Below the pieces are notes generated by a model, which was not told the origin of the DNA, ran no database searches, and was given only the letters and a program-made list of their open reading frames with translations. The translations under genes and the position numbers were made by a program. DNA of 19,355 bases, from the NCBI GenBank assembly GCA_950072105.1, contig CATMOE010000064.1:1-19355 (forward strand). Reading direction: 5' to 3'. Numbering within the stretch: the first letter of the stretch is position 1; the number at the start of each line of letters is the position of its first letter. Source of the DNA: an uncultured Dehalococcoidia bacterium. GTDB lineage: Bacteria > Chloroflexota > Dehalococcoidia > Lucifugimonadales > UBA3495. Of the stretch, positions 16,103 through 19,355 are shown piece by piece.

Positions 16103-16912
16103 ATGAGCGACGTTAAGATCGAAGAAGGTGTAGTCGTTGCCAAGGGGGGCGGACGGGACCTCAAGGCAGACGTCCTCCGCCCGGCCAACCAATCTGGTCT
16201 GGTCCCCGGGATTCTTTTCCTCCCCGGAGGCGGCTTCCGAAACGCCGACCGCGCGCCGCTCACCGAGCGGTACGGCCTGGCAATGGCCAACCACGGCTAC
16301 GTCTGCGTCAACGCCGAGTACCGGGTGATGGACGAGGCTCCCTGGCCGGCCCAAGTACAAGATGTCAAAGCCGAGATTCGCTGGATGCGAGCCAACAGCG
16401 CCGATCTGGGCATCGACCCGGACCTCATCGTCGTCGCCGGTAAATCGGCGGGCGGATTACTGGCATTGGTCGCGGCGGGCAGCGGCCACGTCAAAGAATT
16501 TGACGGCGACGGCGGCAATGCCGGAGTGAGCAGCAAAGTTGCCGCAGTGGTGGGTATGTCTCCGGTATCCGATATCTCCGAACGGGCAGTCGACCCGGAA
16601 TTCGAGGCCCTCTTCGGCAAAAACCCCACCGCCGAGTATGTCAAAGCCGCAAATGCTATCACCTACGTCAACAAGGACTATCCGCCGGCTCTGTTCTTTC
16701 ACGGCACTTCCGACACCCGCGTCCATCACTCGACCACAATGCGGATGTACGAGGCGCTGGAACAAGCCGGAGTTCCCGTGGACCTGCATCTCTTTGCTGG
16801 GGAAGACCACTTCTTCGACCGGGAACCTCATTTCTACAAAGCCACTACCGACTCCATCGCGATATTCCTATCCAGATATGTCCCCATGCGGGAGGCCGTG
16901 GCAGCTTCCTAG
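16103..16912 (+). CDS. Alpha/beta hydrolase (HSL/BD-FAE-like esterase; 269 aa; start revised to ATG 16103)
   Basis: PGGGF oxyanion loop, EYR....WPAQVQDVK, GKSAGG nucleophile, HGTSD and DHFF. GGAGG RBS. Confidence 0.9.
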   Translation: MSDVKIEEGVVVAKGGGRDLKADVLRPANQSGLVPGILFLPGGGFRNADRAPLTERYGLAMANHGYVCVNAEYRVMDEAPWPAQVQDVKAEIRWMRANSADLGIDPDLIVVAGKSAGGLLALVAAGSGHVKEFDGDGGNAGVSSKVAAVVGMSPVSDISERAVDPEFEALFGKNPTAEYVKAANAITYVNKDYPPALFFHGTSDTRVHHSTTMRMYEALEQAGVPVDLHLFAGEDHFFDREPHFYKATTDSIAIFLSRYVPMREAVAAS

Positions 16913-16977
16913 GCCTCACATAGGCCGCCTGGCAAGTCCCAGCTAATAGTTACTTGCGGAAATCAGATTTACCAACC

Positions 16978-17045
16978 CCGTTCGTGGTGAGCCTGTCGAA
17001 CCACTTTTCCGCGGAAGGACCCTTCGACAAGCTCAGGGCGAACGG
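16978..17045. repeat. REP-like hairpin (CCGTTCG..GAGCCTGTCGAA / TTCGACAAGCTCAGGGCGAACGG family)
   Basis: Imperfect inverted repeat with an inner TTCCGCGGAA palindrome. Fragments of it also occur at 5121-5168. Confidence 0.8.
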
Positions 17046-17091
17046 TAGATCCTTACGGCTATTACGAAACTCGGCACTAAGAGAGGATGTC

Positions 17092-17490
17092 ATGGCTGTC
17101 GTTGGATTGGACCACTTGGTAGTTAACACCAGAGACGTCGAGGGCTCGATCAGTTTCTATCGAGACGTGCTGGGCATGGAGATACTGAGGCTGGACGAGT
17201 TCCGTGAGGGTAAGGTCGGATTCGTATCGGCCAGGGTTTCCCAGGAGATAATCATCGATATAAGGCCCACCAAGTCTGAAGACGCGGTGACGCCCAACAT
17301 GGACCATTTTTGCCTAGTCCTCGGCCCGACCGACATGGACAATCTGTATGAGGAATTGAAGGCCAAGGGCATCCACATGGATGGGGACGTCCACCCCGCT
17401 TGGGGCGCCCAGGGCATGGGACAGCAGTTCAAGATCTGGGACCCCGAAGGCATCAAGATCGAGCTCAGGTGTTACTCATGGTCCCCATAG
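17092..17490 (+). CDS. VOC/glyoxalase family protein (132 aa; start revised to ATG 17092)
   Basis: GLDHLVVNTRDVEGSISFYRDVLG, NMDHFCL, WGAQGMG and WDPEGIKIELR. GAGG RBS. Confidence 0.9.
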   Translation: MAVVGLDHLVVNTRDVEGSISFYRDVLGMEILRLDEFREGKVGFVSARVSQEIIIDIRPTKSEDAVTPNMDHFCLVLGPTDMDNLYEELKAKGIHMDGDVHPAWGAQGMGQQFKIWDPEGIKIELRCYSWSP

Positions 17491-17521
17491 CCACCCAAAT
17501 TCAATTAACTAATATGACTTT

Positions 17522-18295
17522 ATGCCTTACTTAGAACTTCCCGGCGTCGACCTATGGTACACCGACACCGGCGGCGCCGGTACCCCGGTGATATTTTTGC
17601 ATGCTGCCTCGGGCAACTGCGATTGCTGGGTGTATCAGGAGCCAGTGTTCACCTCGGCGGAGTATCGCTGCATCGCCTATGACCGGCGGCATTGGGGCCG
17701 TTCCCGGCTGAATCAGTCTGGGGAGCAGCCCGGCTACGCCAGCGACGATCTGCAAGGACTCGTCAATCACTTGGGCTTGGACCGCTTCCACCTGGTAGCG
17801 ACCGCGGCCGGCGGGATCGGCGCATTGGACTACTCTTTGCTACACCCCCAGCAAGTACGCAGCCTGGTGGCCGCCAACACCATCGGCGGGGTGCAAGACG
17901 AGTCATACCTAGAAGTCCAGCACCGGCTCCGCCCGCAGGAGATTCAGGCGTTGCCGGTGGAGCTACGCGAACTGGGGCCGTCTTACCGGGGCATCGATCC
18001 CGAGGGCGCCGCCCGCTGGTTGGAGATCGATCACCACAGCCGTCAGGAGGGAACGACGGGAGCGCAGCCGTTGCGGGACCCGATGACCTATGCCCGCCTG
18101 GAGACCATGCAGATACCGGTCCTGGTGCTGGCCGGCGACGCAGATCTGCTATCGCCGCCGGCCATGATGCGGTTGCTGGCCGGCCACATCCCGAGCTGCG
18201 AGTGGGGGACGGTGCCAGCGGCGGGACATGCCGCCTTCTGGGAGGAACCGGAGGTCTGGAACCGCCTTGTGCTGGAATTCATCGGCCGCCACTAG
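17522..18295 (+). CDS. Alpha/beta hydrolase fold protein lacking the nucleophilic Ser
   Basis: PVIFLHAASG, YDRRHWGRS, HLVATAAGG elbow, PVLVLAGDAD and AGHAAFWE. Confidence 0.88.
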   Translation: MPYLELPGVDLWYTDTGGAGTPVIFLHAASGNCDCWVYQEPVFTSAEYRCIAYDRRHWGRSRLNQSGEQPGYASDDLQGLVNHLGLDRFHLVATAAGGIGALDYSLLHPQQVRSLVAANTIGGVQDESYLEVQHRLRPQEIQALPVELRELGPSYRGIDPEGAARWLEIDHHSRQEGTTGAQPLRDPMTYARLETMQIPVLVLAGDADLLSPPAMMRLLAGHIPSCEWGTVPAAGHAAFWEEPEVWNRLVLEFIGRH

Positions 18296-18410
18296 CACCG
18301 CTTCAATGTCGAACTGAGAGACGCCAACGCCCCCCTCCTTAATCCTCCTCTGGACTCATATCTTTGGCCGAGAGGCCGCCAAAACAGGTCGCATAAGCAA
18401 TTGCTGGCAA

Positions 18411-19212
18411 TCAGTTCCAGAGTTGTCGCATGGTCCGCAACAACTCTGCCATGCAGAATGGCTTAACGACCACGGGATTCCCGGTTGCGGAGAGGAAATC
18501 GCGAGTACCAGAACTCACGGTATCCCCAGTAACGAATACAATCTTGCTTGCCAGAGGTTGGCTGATTCCTTGGATGAGTTTGTAGAGTTCTGGACCACTC
18601 ATGCCGGGCATCTTGAGATCGAGGAGAATACAGTCGTAATCGATGTTGGCCAATTTCCTCCCCGCTTCGCGCCCATCCTCGGCCAGGTCCACAGTGTAAC
18701 GCTCCGACTCCAGATATTTCCCGAGTAGGTTCCGGATCTGGGGTTCATCGTCCACCACCAAGATGTGCTTGGTCGTCGTGGCAGTAGATTCACTGAAAGG
18801 CATCGGGAAATCCTCGATTTCTTCCGGAGCGACCACCGGCAGAACTATGTGGAATGTAGTACCTTGTCCTTCAACACTCTCGGCCCAAATCTCTCCGCCG
18901 TGCTGCTTAACGATCCCGTGGCTGATACTGAGTACCAAGCCCGTTCCTTGCCCAACTTCCTTGGTAGTGAAGAAGGGCTCAAAGATCCAATTCAAGACAT
19001 CGAACGGGATTCCCGGCCCGTCGTCTTTGATCGTTATCTTGAAGTCGTCGACCGAACTTACTTTGCTAACCCAGATTCGTCCCTTGCCGTTTGCCTCGTG
19101 AATCGCCTGTTCCGTGTTTGTCAGGATGTTCAAGAACACCTGGACCATTTGGTGTTCATCGATCATCGTTTTACGAATCTCCGAGGAAAACTGGGAGATA
19201 ACCTCGATGTTG
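18411..19212 (-). pseudogene. 5'-truncated hybrid histidine kinase (HATPase_c plus receiver domain)
   Basis: QVFLNILTN, DDGPGI, IFEPFFTTK, GTGLVL (G2-box G->V) and receiver VVDDE/LLDLKMP/KPF. The kinase-like frame extends upstream to NIEVISQF (about 19211) and then hits the IS-like end. No HisKA or sensor domain. Confidence 0.75.
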
Positions 19213-19355
19213 TGAGGTGGTCCCGGTTATTTGAACAATAACGGGGCTAGATTAAGAGAGTCTTCCGCTGCCAGAAGTGTTGTGTTGACTCCGGGAATTA
19301 AAACCACTTCTTGCCCTGCTGGTCGTTCCCTTGGCTGTTCCCGTTGGAACATCTC
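19213..19355 (-). mobile_element. Right end of a probable IS3-family element: transposase C-terminal tail (19227-19355) and terminal inverted repeat (19213-19237)
   Basis: On the minus strand, the open frame EMFQ...SLNLAPLLFK* runs into TGTTCAAATAACCGGGACCACCTCA-3'. The CA-3' terminus and the 'PGPP' tail resemble IS3-family ends, and it abuts the kinase breakpoint exactly. Confidence 0.55.

Noticed and set aside
15484..17091. N-terminal extensions of Rid (15484), esterase (15932) and VOC (16954)
   Set aside because: They overlap upstream genes or translate a REP element. Downstream ATGs with good RBSs match the domain starts.

Overview
GC-rich bacterial window made up mostly of catabolic accessory genes. 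It holds two luciferase-like (LLM) oxidoreductases, a Rieske oxygenase alpha subunit, two VOC proteins, an MFS transporter, two amidase-signature enzymes (one with a small GatC/AtzG-like partner), a cupin, an enamidase-like amidohydrolase, a class III CoA-transferase, an MDMPI/DinB protein, a GATase1-like protein, a Rid-family protein and two alpha/beta hydrolases. This content suggests Chloroflexota/SAR202-like Dehalococcoidia, which is inference only. The strongest hidden signal is a rhodanese gene that the ORF track truncates at 4954. Its TGA sits exactly at the catalytic Cys position, the frame continues with the proper rhodanese C-terminus to TAA 5083, and a SECIS-like hairpin follows, so it is a probable selenoprotein. 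Several enzymes have non-canonical catalytic residues: GATase FHPE->FEPQ, a hydrolase nucleophile Ser->Ala, Rid Arg->Asn, and an enamidase bridging Glu->Lys. Intergenic regions carry at least four families of REP-like palindromes. Also present are a frameshifted/nonsense pseudogene, a Zn-ribbon microprotein, and an IS3-like end that truncates a hybrid histidine kinase at the right edge. Family calls come from motif recognition, not database searches.
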